In this document: in pieces, positions 10,488 through 19,841 of the stretch
Position numbering within the stretch: the stretch's first letter is position 1
Layout of the letters: each line of letters opens with the position of its first letter
Assembly (NCBI GenBank): GCA_041664585.1
Contig: JBAYKL010000003.1
Span: 49,074-113,073 of the forward strand
Direction: 5' to 3'
DNA length: 64,000 nucleotides
Source of the DNA: Minisyncoccota bacterium
Lineage (GTDB): Bacteria; Patescibacteriota; Minisyncoccia; Phycocordibacterales; GWA1-40-21
Notes under the pieces: generated by a model
What the model was told of the DNA's origin: nothing
The model's database searches: none
Seen by the model: the letters and a program-made list of their open reading frames with translations, nothing else
Program-made: the position numbers and the translations under genes

Positions 10488-11330
10488 ATGAAATCATATA
10501 AACCAACATCACCGTCAAGAAGAAATATGACCACTGTATCTTACAGGGGCGTATTAACCACAAGTACTCCAGAAAAATCCCTTACGAAAGGATACAAGAG
10601 ACATGTAGGAAGAAATAACAGAGGAAGAATCACAGTTAGACATAAAGGGGGAGGTAACAAGAAGCTCTTCAGAGAAGTAGACTTTATGTACAACAAAAAA
10701 GATATTCCTGCAAAAATTCTTTCAGTTGAATACGATCCTTATAGAACAGGTTTCATCGGTCTTGTCTCATATGCTGATGGTGAAAAGAGATATATTCTTT
10801 TACCAAAAGACTTAGGAGTAGGAGATCAGATGATTGTATCTGAAACAGGTGAAATAAAGACAGGTAACAGAGTTCCATTAAGCAAAATTCCAGTAGGTAC
10901 TTTCGTTTACAATGTTGAAATAAAGAAAAATGGTGGAGCAAAGCTTTGTAGATCAGCAGGTAACTGCGGTCAAATCATTGCAAATGATGCAGGTTATGCA
11001 CACATCAAACTTCCTTCAACAGAAGTAAGAAAGATACCAGAAGGAGCTTGGGCTTGTATTGGTAGAGCTTCAAACGATGAACAATGGCTTGTAAATGTCG
11101 GTAAAGCAGGTAAATCTAGACATATGGGTATAAGACCTACAGTCAGAGGATCTGTTATGAACCCTTGCGACCACCCATACGGTGGAGGTGAAGGTAGGCA
11201 GGGTAGAGGTCTAAAGAGAGCGAAAACTCTTTGGGGTAAACCAGTCGGAAAGGGCCAGAAATCAAGAACACCTAAGAAATACTCAAATTATCTTATCGTT
11301 TCTAGAAGAAAGGTTGGAAAGAGAAAGTAA
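10488..11330 (+). CDS. rplB: 50S ribosomal protein L2
   Basis: GRITVRHKGGG, EYDP, RGSVMNPCDHPYGGGEG. Confidence 0.99.
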   Translation: MKSYKPTSPSRRNMTTVSYRGVLTTSTPEKSLTKGYKRHVGRNNRGRITVRHKGGGNKKLFREVDFMYNKKDIPAKILSVEYDPYRTGFIGLVSYADGEKRYILLPKDLGVGDQMIVSETGEIKTGNRVPLSKIPVGTFVYNVEIKKNGGAKLCRSAGNCGQIIANDAGYAHIKLPSTEVRKIPEGAWACIGRASNDEQWLVNVGKAGKSRHMGIRPTVRGSVMNPCDHPYGGGEGRQGRGLKRAKTLWGKPVGKGQKSRTPKKYSNYLIVSRRKVGKRK

Positions 11331-11334
11331 TTTA

Positions 11335-11372
11335 AACAAAAAACACTCATCGAAAGATGGGTGTTTTTTGTT
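11335..11372. terminator. Terminator ending the S10 block after rplB
   Basis: AAAAACACTCATC-gaaa-GATGGGTGTTTTTTG. Confidence 0.8.
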
Positions 11373-11455
11373 TGACACCCTTGTTGTCTTAATGTAGTGT
11401 TATTTTAGAATTTAGTTAGTTTCAGGTATGTTGAACGTTAACAAAGGAGAATAAG

Positions 11456-11938
11456 GTGGATAAAAAAGATATAATTCCGAAAACTGCAATACATAATGTC
11501 ATAGACATGGCTGAAAAGATTTTTCCCATGGCTTCGAAAATCGACGGTCGTGGGCAGCCTGGTGGTTATTTGTGTGTTGTTAACCGATGGGGCAAAAATG
11601 TTATCACTTATCTCGTTGGGGATATCCCGATCGTAGATCAGGCTTCGCGTTTTATGACTCGTTGCCAGAACTATGCTGAAATTTTGAGTTCCGAGACTGT
11701 AAACTTTAATGATTGTGCGGTCAGAGATAATTGGGGAACAATTTTCTCGTTTTATGGTTTTGTAAATGATGAGGTTAATCTTGCTGTTGCTGTCGCTTTG
11801 GCTTCAGTACTTGGGGATGACTGCATGCCATTATCTTTGCAGAAGAAAATTGTGGAAGAAAGTAAAAATGATCACGTAGAACATTTATGTGAACTGGTGG
11901 ACGATATGGATCTCTATCTCAAAAAACCGCTCATGTAG
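11456..11938 (+). CDS. Hypothetical protein (stand-alone SD-led cassette)
   Basis: AAAGGAG 6 nt before GTG; own terminator at ~11951-11980. Confidence 0.7.
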   Translation: MDKKDIIPKTAIHNVIDMAEKIFPMASKIDGRGQPGGYLCVVNRWGKNVITYLVGDIPIVDQASRFMTRCQNYAEILSSETVNFNDCAVRDNWGTIFSFYGFVNDEVNLAVAVALASVLGDDCMPLSLQKKIVEESKNDHVEHLCELVDDMDLYLKKPLM

Positions 11939-12019
11939 CTTTTGCTACTCAAAGCACCCGATTTCAAAGGGTGCTTTTTTATTTGCATTTTTAAGAAAAT
12001 GCTGTATTATATACACATA

Positions 12020-12095
12020 AAGGCTTAAGACAGCAGGTTCCCAAGATTTGGGTAGAAATCCTGCCGAGGTCAAACTCTAGTGTTAGAGGCCTTTT
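12020..12095 (+). promoter_or_regulatory. L10 leader (rplJ autoregulatory RNA)
   Basis: AAGACAGCAGG...CCTGCCGAGG signature directly upstream of rplJ. Confidence 0.8.
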
Positions 12096-12132
12096 ATAAG
12101 AAGGTCGATTTTTATTTTTAAAACAAAAAATT

Positions 12133-12624
12133 ATGCCGATTACAAAAGCAAAAAAAGCAGAATTAGTAGAAGAAATAGCCAAAGCCATCAAGGGTTCTAA
12201 GTCTATTGTATTTGCAAACTTTCATAATTTGATTGTTGCAGATGATATGGCTATGAGAAAAGCTCTTAGAAAAGAAGGCATTGGATATTTAGTTGTAAAA
12301 AAGACTCTTGCAAAGAGAGCTCTTAATGAAGCTGGAATCACTGGTACTATGCCAGAATTCGTAGGTGAACTTGCTATGGTTTATGGTGAGGATCTTACTG
12401 GTCCAGCGAGAGAGTTTTTTACTTTCCAAAATAAATACAAGGGCAATGTAAAAATTGTCGGAGGTGTTTTTGAAGGAAGATATATGACTCTAGAAGAAAT
12501 GACAGCAATTGCTGCTATTCCTTCACAAAAGACTTTGTATGCTCAGTTTGTTAATCTTATCAATTCTCCAATACAGAGATTCGCTGTTGTTTTGGATCAA
12601 ATTGCTAAGACAAAGACTGCCTAA
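12133..12624 (+). CDS. rplJ: 50S ribosomal protein L10
   Basis: KKAELVEE, VVKKTLAKRAL, GGVFEG; precedes rplL. Confidence 0.96.
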   Translation: MPITKAKKAELVEEIAKAIKGSKSIVFANFHNLIVADDMAMRKALRKEGIGYLVVKKTLAKRALNEAGITGTMPEFVGELAMVYGEDLTGPAREFFTFQNKYKGNVKIVGGVFEGRYMTLEEMTAIAAIPSQKTLYAQFVNLINSPIQRFAVVLDQIAKTKTA

Positions 12625-12657
12625 CAATTTAACTTATCAATTAATTAATTAAAAATT

Positions 12658-13047
12658 ATGGAAGAAGTAAAAGTAGAAGTTCCTGCTAAATTTAAAGATT
12701 TAGTTGAGACTATAGAAAAGATGTCAGTTTTGGATCTTCATGAGCTTGTAAAAACTCTTGAAGCTAAGTTTGGTGTTTCAGCTGCAGCTGTTGCTGTCGC
12801 TGGTCCAGCTGTTGCTGTTGAAGCTGCAGAAGAGAAGTCAACTTTCAAAGTTGAGCTTACAGATGCAGGTGCTCAGAAAATAGCTGTTATCAAAGCTGTA
12901 AAAGAAGCTTTGGCTCTTGGACTTAAAGAAGCTAAGGACCTCGTAGACGGTGTTCCTTCAGTTCTTAAGGAAGAAATGAAGAAGGAAGAAGCAGAAGCTT
13001 TGAAGAAAGCTGTAGAAGCTGCAGGAGGTAAGGTTACACTTAAATAA
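12658..13047 (+). CDS. rplL: 50S ribosomal protein L7/L12
   Basis: [27 protein letters not shown]. Confidence 0.98.
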   Translation: MEEVKVEVPAKFKDLVETIEKMSVLDLHELVKTLEAKFGVSAAAVAVAGPAVAVEAAEEKSTFKVELTDAGAQKIAVIKAVKEALALGLKEAKDLVDGVPSVLKEEMKKEEAEALKKAVEAAGGKVTLK

Positions 13048-13063
13048 TATATTGAATATTAGG

Positions 13064-13101
13064 GAAAAGGCGGGTTTTGCTTAAAGCAAAACCCGCCTTT
13101 T
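13064..13101. terminator. Long perfect-stem terminator
   Basis: AAAAGGCGGGTTTTGCTT..AGCAAAACCCGCCTTTT. Confidence 0.8.
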
Positions 13102-13150
13102 CTTATGCTTTTAGATAGTATATAATGCTTTTAATAACTAATTAGCAAAT

Positions 13151-13768
13151 ATGTCAGCATTAAATATATTATTTGGTAGCCAAGAGAGAGTAAAGATTAT
13201 GCGTCTTTTCCTATTCAATTCAGAAGAGGTTTTTGATTTGGATTTGATTTGTGAAAGGTCTAAAGTTTCTACCTCAAAAGTAAGGAGCGAGGTTAATGTT
13301 TTAGAAAAAGCTGGATTAGTAAAAAGAAGAGATTTTTCTAAAATAATTATAAAGAAGAATCACGGAAAGATTACAGAAAACAAAAAGAAATCTCATGGCT
13401 TTATTTTAAATACAGAGTTTACTTACATGTCTGCTCTCAAGCAGCTTTTGATGAATACTCAATCTCTTGATGGTGGGGATATAGTAAAAAGATTAGCTAA
13501 GGCTGGTAAATTAAAACTTGTTGTTGTTTCTGGTGTCTTTATCCAGGATCCACAAAGTAGAGTAGATATTTTGGTGGTGGGGGATAGGATAAGTAAGAAT
13601 GTATTAGATAAAACTATCAAAAACATTGAATCGGAGATTGGTAAGGAACTTACCTACGCATATTTTGAAGTGTTAGATTATCAATACAGGCTTCAAATGT
13701 ATGACAAACTTGTAAGAGATATTCTGGATTACCCACATGAGGTGTTATTAGACAAAATAAAGGCTTAA
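13151..13768 (+). CDS. Winged-helix protein with C-terminal nucleotidyltransferase-like domain
   Basis: LFGSQERVKIMRLF wHTH start; VSG..SRVDILVVG polymerase-beta-like motif. Confidence 0.6.
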   Translation: MSALNILFGSQERVKIMRLFLFNSEEVFDLDLICERSKVSTSKVRSEVNVLEKAGLVKRRDFSKIIIKKNHGKITENKKKSHGFILNTEFTYMSALKQLLMNTQSLDGGDIVKRLAKAGKLKLVVVSGVFIQDPQSRVDILVVGDRISKNVLDKTIKNIESEIGKELTYAYFEVLDYQYRLQMYDKLVRDILDYPHEVLLDKIKA

Positions 13769-13889
13769 AAAGCCTTTATTTTGTTATTAACTTTCTGTTT
13801 GTAATTATTTTAAATAAGATGATATAATTACAGGGTAAATTAAGGTCGTTTGATTATTATTAGTTATTAATATTTAAATAAAAAAATAA

Positions 13890-14576
13890 ATGAATTTAGT
13901 TGAATTAGGTGATAGCTTAAGCGTTTCAGCTTCAAATATGTGGGCAGGTGTTATTAATTTTACTCCAAAACTTATCGTAGCTATTATTATAGCTCTTATA
14001 GGTGTAGTCATCGGAGCTATACTTGGTAAACTTGTTGCTCAGCTTATTAAACTTACTAAGGTTGATAATGCTTTGAAGGCTGCTGGTGCTGATAAGTTTG
14101 TAGAAAAGTCTGGCATCAAGCTAGATGTCGGTGCTTTTATCGGTGCTTTAGTTAAATGGTTCTTTATCGTTGTATTCCTAGTAGTTTCATTCGATATACT
14201 TGGACTTCAAGCTGTTACAGCTTTCTTAACAGGAGATGTACTAAGCTTCCTCCCAAAGGTTATCGTCGCTGCTATTATCATAGTAGTTGCTGCGATTATC
14301 GCAGAAGCTATGCAGAAGGTTGTTGTAGCAAGTGCTAAAGCTGCAAATAGCAGATCAGCAAATTTTGCTGGTAATATAGCAAAAGGAGCTGTTTGGCTTC
14401 TCGCTATCTTCGCTGTAGTTGCTCAATTTGATTCTCTAGCTCAAATAGTTGGTCCTTTACTACAAGGTATCATTATCGCTATTTCTTTGGCTGTTGGTTT
14501 GGCATTTGGTCTTGGTGGTCAAGATGCTGCAGCTAAGTATATTGAGAAGTTGAAGAACGATATAGCTCACAAATAG
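13890..14576 (+). CDS. TM-helix repeat / small-conductance mechanosensitive channel-like membrane protein
   Basis: Repeated F.PK.I.A.II TM helices, GLAFGLGG. Confidence 0.75.
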   Translation: MNLVELGDSLSVSASNMWAGVINFTPKLIVAIIIALIGVVIGAILGKLVAQLIKLTKVDNALKAAGADKFVEKSGIKLDVGAFIGALVKWFFIVVFLVVSFDILGLQAVTAFLTGDVLSFLPKVIVAAIIIVVAAIIAEAMQKVVVASAKAANSRSANFAGNIAKGAVWLLAIFAVVAQFDSLAQIVGPLLQGIIIAISLAVGLAFGLGGQDAAAKYIEKLKNDIAHK

Positions 14577-14691
14577 TTTGTGGATATAAAAGTGTAAAAG
14601 AAAAAGACTGGATTTGCTAAGCAAATCCAGTCTTTTTCAATTTCTTTTCATTTTATATTGTTGACTTTATAAAAGGAGAGTATAATTAAAG

Positions 14692-14819
14692 TAGGATTAT
14701 TAGGGGAGCATTATCCGATTAAATTTTTTTCAGGGAGTCTAACTTTTGATACACCTTGGTGCATCATCGAGGACACCCACCTAGATAATTCTAGGGTAAT
14801 GCTACTTCAAGTAATCCTT
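14692..14819 (+). ncRNA. ssrS: Probable 6S RNA (short form)
   Basis: TATAAT at 14681; long closing stem (AGGATTAT/GTAATCCT, AGCATTATCC/GGGTAATGCT), central bubble with GGGAG and CACCCACC; terminator 14824-14849. Confidence 0.65.
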
Positions 14820-14898
14820 ATAGAAAACCCGCTCTTCGGAGCGGGTTTTGTTGTTATAGAAGCTTATAAATTATTAAACTAGATGCTATAATGTTTTT

Positions 14899-15339
14899 AT
14901 GAAAAAAGAGTATATACTTTACAGCTCATCTTTAGTCCTTGTATTAATTTCTGTTTTAAATTATCTAGGTGGTCAGTTTTATTGGTATTGGACTTACAGA
15001 TGGTTTGATATCCCTGTACACATGCTTGGAGGTGCTTGGATTGGACTTACAACTCTTTGGCTATGGGCACATTTTATGCATTTGAAAGTTATAAAAACTT
15101 TTCGTATGAAAGCTCTTGGGGTGGTAGTTTTTGCAATTTTTTTTGTAGGAATTTCTTGGGAGGTGTTTGAGCTTTTGGGAGGTATTACGGATATGACAGA
15201 TAGGGGATATTGGCCTGATACAATAGGGGATATAATAAATGATTCTATTGGTGGTATGTTTGCGTATTTTCTTTTTATAAAAACAAAGAAACCAGAGAAA
15301 GAACCAGCTGTTATTAGTGTTGGGAATAATATTAATTAA
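14899..15339 (+). CDS. Membrane protein (VanZ-like/DUF2238-like)
   Basis: WFD.PVHMLGG, WEVFE, DT.GD...D.IG motifs; several TM helices. Confidence 0.6.
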   Translation: MKKEYILYSSSLVLVLISVLNYLGGQFYWYWTYRWFDIPVHMLGGAWIGLTTLWLWAHFMHLKVIKTFRMKALGVVVFAIFFVGISWEVFELLGGITDMTDRGYWPDTIGDIINDSIGGMFAYFLFIKTKKPEKEPAVISVGNNIN

Positions 15340-15340
15340 A

Positions 15341-16699
15341 ATGAAATTAACTTTTTATGGAGGAACGGGTTCGGTAACTGGTGCTAATTTTTTAGTAGAA
15401 ACAGATAGCTTGAAGTTTGTTGTTGATTGCGGAATGATGCAGGGTTCAGATATCGCAGAGAGTTTTAATCGTGATCCATTTCCTTATGATCCTTCTACAT
15501 TGGGCTATCTCTTGGTCACTCATGCACATATAGACCACATAGGAAGAATTCGTAAATTAGTAAAAGATGGTTTTAATGGAAAGATAATCAGCACACCAGA
15601 GACGAAAGAAATTGCGGGCTTTCTTTTAGAAGACTCTCTTAGGATTATAGATGCTGATTCTAGAAAGAAAGGAGTCTTACCAATGTGGGAAAGGAAAGAT
15701 ATGGAGAAAGCCATGTCGCTTTGGCAGACGCTTGAATACCATACAGATTTTTCTTTAAACAGTGAAATATCTATTTATATGAAGGATTCTGGGCATATCT
15801 TGGGGTCTGCGATGATTGAGGTAAAGAGTAGTAAGGGCAAGATTGTATTTACTGGAGATCTTGGTAATTCGCCATCACTTTTGTTGAATGATACAGAAGA
15901 AATTACAGATGCAGATTATATCGTAATGGAGAGTGTATATGGAGACAGAAATCATGAACCAAAAGATGTAAGAAAAGAGAAATTAAAACAGGCTATTTTA
16001 GATACAATAAAAAATAAAAAAGTTCTTATTATTCCAGCATTTTCTCTTGAAAGAAGTCAGATGATTCTTTATGAGATGAATGATTTTTTTGAAAACGGAA
16101 TTATTCCTCAGATTCCTGTTTTTATGGATTCTCCTTTGGCGAGTAAAATTACAAAAGTATATGAAGAATCTAAGAACCTTAAACAGAGCGTACTAGATGA
16201 AATGAAAGCTGGGGATGATGTATTTAAATTTCCAAAACTTAAGTTTACAGTTAGAGCAGACGAATCAGAAAGAATCGATAATACTCCAAATCCTAAAATA
16301 ATTATTGCTGGTTCAGGTATGTCGACTGGTGGAAGAATTATTCATCATGAAAAGGACAATGTTGGGAACAAAGATGCAACGATTCTTCTTGTGGGATATC
16401 AGTCTATCGGTACTCTTGGTAGGAAACTTCAGGATGGATTAAAGGAGGTCCAGATTTACGGAGAAAATATTAAGGTGAAAGCTAGAGTGGATACGATTAC
16501 TGGGTATTCTTCGCATAAAGATTCAGATCACCTAACTGCTTTTGTGGAAAAAGCTGCAGAACAAGAAAAATTAAAGAAAGTATTTGTGGTAATGGGTGAG
16601 CCGAAGTCTTCGCTTTTCTTAGTTCAGCGTCTTAGAGATGATCTTAATGTTTCCGCTGTGAATCCGGAGTATAAACAAGAGGTGGAGATTAGTATTTAG
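15341..16699 (+). CDS. MBL-fold beta-CASP ribonuclease
   Basis: VTG, VDCG, THAHIDH, GHILGS, TGDLG, MESVYG, GMSTGGRI, SSHKD. Confidence 0.92.
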   Translation: MKLTFYGGTGSVTGANFLVETDSLKFVVDCGMMQGSDIAESFNRDPFPYDPSTLGYLLVTHAHIDHIGRIRKLVKDGFNGKIISTPETKEIAGFLLEDSLRIIDADSRKKGVLPMWERKDMEKAMSLWQTLEYHTDFSLNSEISIYMKDSGHILGSAMIEVKSSKGKIVFTGDLGNSPSLLLNDTEEITDADYIVMESVYGDRNHEPKDVRKEKLKQAILDTIKNKKVLIIPAFSLERSQMILYEMNDFFENGIIPQIPVFMDSPLASKITKVYEESKNLKQSVLDEMKAGDDVFKFPKLKFTVRADESERIDNTPNPKIIIAGSGMSTGGRIIHHEKDNVGNKDATILLVGYQSIGTLGRKLQDGLKEVQIYGENIKVKARVDTITGYSSHKDSDHLTAFVEKAAEQEKLKKVFVVMGEPKSSLFLVQRLRDDLNVSAVNPEYKQEVEISI

Positions 16700-17008
16700 T
16701 ATATTGTATACAGTATATGGTATACAGAGCGTAAGGGAATAAACAAAGACGGGGTTTGGGCATAGCCCAAACCCCGTCTTTGCTTTATCGAAATGAACCA
16801 TGGTTCATTTCGGTATCTGTCTTTGCGAGCAAAGCGAAGCAAACCATCTCTGGATTGCTACGTCGGCAGACCTCCTAGCAAAGACAGGAAACCTGTTTCT
16901 TGTTTCTCTTAAGATCATATACTAAATACTTATACTGTATACTCACTAACGCTTATCCACACCCCCAAATCCATTGCATCCCACTCTCAAAAACTATGTA
17001 ATATACAC
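16691..17008. repeat. Composite palindromic repeat / leader, copy 1
   Basis: 7-bp periodic AGTAT arrays, hairpin 16745-16781, 24-bp palindrome 16789-16812, REP-like element 16817-16887; 16769-17008 near-identical to 21775-22015. Confidence 0.85.
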
Positions 17009-17776
17009 ATGTCACAGAAAATCTCTAAGTCTCTTTCTAAAATAAAGAAAATATCTATATACACAATATCTGCTTTCATTGTAGCTAAGCTCGTAGTATT
17101 TGCAGGCAATCTTATACCAGAAAGTACTCCAACCACTTCAACAATGGTTACGCTAGGTGATTTATATGAGAAAATCACAAATAACTCATATACCGCTTCT
17201 TCTCATCCAGTATCTACCACTACTTCACCAGCTTCTACATTCTCTACTCTAGAAAGCATATATAATGCTATACCTGACATATCTGGTAATGCGGCATCTA
17301 TCCTTTCAAATACCTCTATTATGGGAATACAGGGCACTCTTTCTATTCCTTCTGCTTCTCAGGTTGCTACAGGTACAGTATTTGGACCTAATGCTAATGG
17401 AGAAACTATTGGTACTCTTCCTGTCACCGCTCCTGTTCTTCCAGATACCATTAGTGCTTGGTCAGTAGCTAAGTCTACGGGTACTTGGGGTGGAGCTATT
17501 CTATTTTGTAATAATTTGGCAGAAGATGGTGCGAATTGGAGGTTGCCGAAAATAGCAGAACTAGCATTTGCTTTGGAAGAACAATTTAAAAGCAACCCTT
17601 CTTATGTAGATCATGATTTTGCATCGAACTCTGCTTATTGGTCAGGTGTTGAGTCCGATAATAATCCTACAAACGAGGCTTACTACGGTATTTATTATAC
17701 TGATATTAATTACAACCACGTGTACAGTTTTTCTGGCAGTAAGGGTCAAAGTTTTCTCATCCGCTGCGTCCACTAA
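17009..17776 (+). CDS. DUF1566/Lcl (C-type lectin fold) surface protein A1
   Basis: N-terminal TM/signal; W..A..FC..L, WRLP...EL, YWSG, C-terminal IRCV. Confidence 0.8.
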   Translation: MSQKISKSLSKIKKISIYTISAFIVAKLVVFAGNLIPESTPTTSTMVTLGDLYEKITNNSYTASSHPVSTTTSPASTFSTLESIYNAIPDISGNAASILSNTSIMGIQGTLSIPSASQVATGTVFGPNANGETIGTLPVTAPVLPDTISAWSVAKSTGTWGGAILFCNNLAEDGANWRLPKIAELAFALEEQFKSNPSYVDHDFASNSAYWSGVESDNNPTNEAYYGIYYTDINYNHVYSFSGSKGQSFLIRCVH

Positions 17777-17787
17777 TTTTTATATCT

Positions 17788-18513
17788 ATGAAAAACAAAT
17801 TAAAATCATACATACCTAAAATACGCACAATATCTTTATATACGATATCTACTTTTATCGCAGCTAGACTTATAGCTTCAGCCGGTAACTTAGCTCCATC
17901 AGAAGCACCAGCCCCTACTATGGTGACCTTGGATCATTTGTTTAATAAAATTCAGGATAATTATTATTATTTTGGTGATGAACCAAAACTTTCTATTTCT
18001 ACATTATTATCTCCAGCAAACTCTATGCGTACATTGTTGGAAGTATATACTGCTATACCTAGTATCTCTCCAGATACTATTGCTACCGGTACTACTATTA
18101 TGGGCATACCGGGGAATGTGATTATACCGACGGCGAATACGGTGCAGTACGGAGTGCAGTTTGGGGATATGCCTTATAATTATCAAACAGGAACGATTAG
18201 CACGCCAACTAATATATGGTCAAATGCTTCAACAACAGCTAACTGGAATAACGCATTGGTTTTTTGTAATAATCTATCAGAAGGTGGACATGCTTGGAGG
18301 TTGCCGAAGGCGAACGAAATAGTTCAAGGTTTGTCAGAACCAGTTAATGGTTTCGGTCAATATGTGAATGTGTGGTCTGGTACAGATTATGGGGTAGACC
18401 CTTATGATGGCTATGACAAAGCTTTTTTAGGTTCAGTTTTTGCTAATTACACTGAAGCTTACAGCTGGACTGCTTATAAAAATTGGACATTTCATGTCCG
18501 TTGCACCAGATAG
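17788..18513 (+). CDS. DUF1566/Lcl surface protein B1
   Basis: WNNALVFCNNL, WRLPK, WSGT, VRC. Confidence 0.8.
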   Translation: MKNKLKSYIPKIRTISLYTISTFIAARLIASAGNLAPSEAPAPTMVTLDHLFNKIQDNYYYFGDEPKLSISTLLSPANSMRTLLEVYTAIPSISPDTIATGTTIMGIPGNVIIPTANTVQYGVQFGDMPYNYQTGTISTPTNIWSNASTTANWNNALVFCNNLSEGGHAWRLPKANEIVQGLSEPVNGFGQYVNVWSGTDYGVDPYDGYDKAFLGSVFANYTEAYSWTAYKNWTFHVRCTR

Positions 18514-18647
18514 GGATTTTTTTACTAAGTCTACAACTAGATTCTGCTAGATAATTAAATAGCAAATTTTGTGTTTTTGTGTTATAAAAAGAATATCTAG
18601 AATAATGTATTTTGGATAGGGAGTTCTTTTCAAAAAAAGGGGATTTT

Positions 18648-18866
18648 ATGAGAAAAATAAGAAGTCACAGACTTATTGTAAGTGGTATCGTTTACCGTTG
18701 TGTCGTAATTTTTTTTACAACACTGTTCTTCTGGCTCGGGGTTAAACCACTGGTCGATTCGTGTGGCCCATTTGGCGCTGCAGTTATCTGGGGGATTATA
18801 AATACGCTTATTTACTACGCATATCACTTTCTCTTTGCTAAGATGTTCAAATTGGGCAAAGATTAG
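18648..18866 (+). CDS. Small membrane protein, DUF2061-like
   Basis: Two TM helices with YR and YY..H pattern; AAAGGGGA upstream; sits before cysD. Confidence 0.55.
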   Translation: MRKIRSHRLIVSGIVYRCVVIFFTTLFFWLGVKPLVDSCGPFGAAVIWGIINTLIYYAYHFLFAKMFKLGKD

Positions 18867-18924
18867 GCTGGTACGACGCGATTCTTGAAAAGAATCGCGT
18901 CTTTTTTTTAATGGATTTTATGTT

Positions 18925-19830
18925 ATGCTTTATTTTATGATAAAGCTGAATCATCTAGAGGTGCTTGAATCCGAAAGCATACATATTATAAGGGAAGCTG
19001 TGGCCACTTTCAAAAATCCAGTGATGATGTATTCAATTGGTAAAGATTCCTCAGTGCTATTACATCTAATGAGAAAGGCGTTTGCTCCTACTAAGATACC
19101 TATACCATTACTTCATGTTGATACCGGATATAAATTTAAAGAAATGATTGATTTTAGGAATAATATTGCAAAAGAGCTTTCTCTTAATCTTATTGTTCGT
19201 AAAAATGAATCAGAGCAGGCAAAATCTTTTAAACCAGAAGAGGCCAATACAGACGAATATATATATCACAAAAAAACAAAGGCTCTTTTAGATGCAATTA
19301 AAGAATTTAATTTTGATGCTGCTTTTGGTGGTGGTAGACGCGACGAAGAAAAATCAAGAGCTAAAGAAAGGATTTTTTCTTTTAGGGATGTAAACAATGT
19401 CTGGAATCCTAAAAAACAGAGACCTGAGCTTTGGAATTTGTATAATACAAAAATAAAACAAGGGGAAACCATGAGGATTTTTCCACTATCAAATTGGACA
19501 GAGCTAGATATTTGGACTTATATAAAACAAGAAAATATTTCTATTGTGCCTTTGTATTTTGCACAAAAAAGAAAAATGCTAAAAAGAAATGGGGTGTTTA
19601 TAAGAGTAGACGAATTTAATATACCAAAAGAAGGGGAAGAGATATTTGAAGATTGGAGTAGATTCAGAACTCTGGGCTGTTCTCCTTCAACAGGTGCTAT
19701 TATTTCTAAAGCTGGTAATCTAGATGAAATTATTGAAGAAATACGTTTGACTCGTTTTTCTGAAAGACAGACAAGAGCAATAGACAACGGTTCAAGTATG
19801 GAAAGTAAAAAGAAACAGGGGTATTTTTAA
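18925..19830 (+). CDS. cysD: Sulfate adenylyltransferase subunit 2
   Basis: [47 protein letters not shown] (start may be 18937). Confidence 0.97.
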   Translation: MLYFMIKLNHLEVLESESIHIIREAVATFKNPVMMYSIGKDSSVLLHLMRKAFAPTKIPIPLLHVDTGYKFKEMIDFRNNIAKELSLNLIVRKNESEQAKSFKPEEANTDEYIYHKKTKALLDAIKEFNFDAAFGGGRRDEEKSRAKERIFSFRDVNNVWNPKKQRPELWNLYNTKIKQGETMRIFPLSNWTELDIWTYIKQENISIVPLYFAQKRKMLKRNGVFIRVDEFNIPKEGEEIFEDWSRFRTLGCSPSTGAIISKAGNLDEIIEEIRLTRFSERQTRAIDNGSSMESKKKQGYF

Positions 19831-19841
19831 AAAAATATATT

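Noticed and set aside
14579-14587. Reverse-strand DnaA-box-like ATATCCACA
   Set aside because: One mismatch, lies after a stop codon, no promoter at the 35-bp spacing
16691-16943. Possible CRISPR array or integron attC cassettes
   Set aside because: No regularly spaced repeat-spacer units and no cas or integrase gene in the window
16953-16961. Replication origin suggested by DnaA boxes
   Set aside because: Boxes are single and dispersed, with no cluster or dnaA/dnaN nearby
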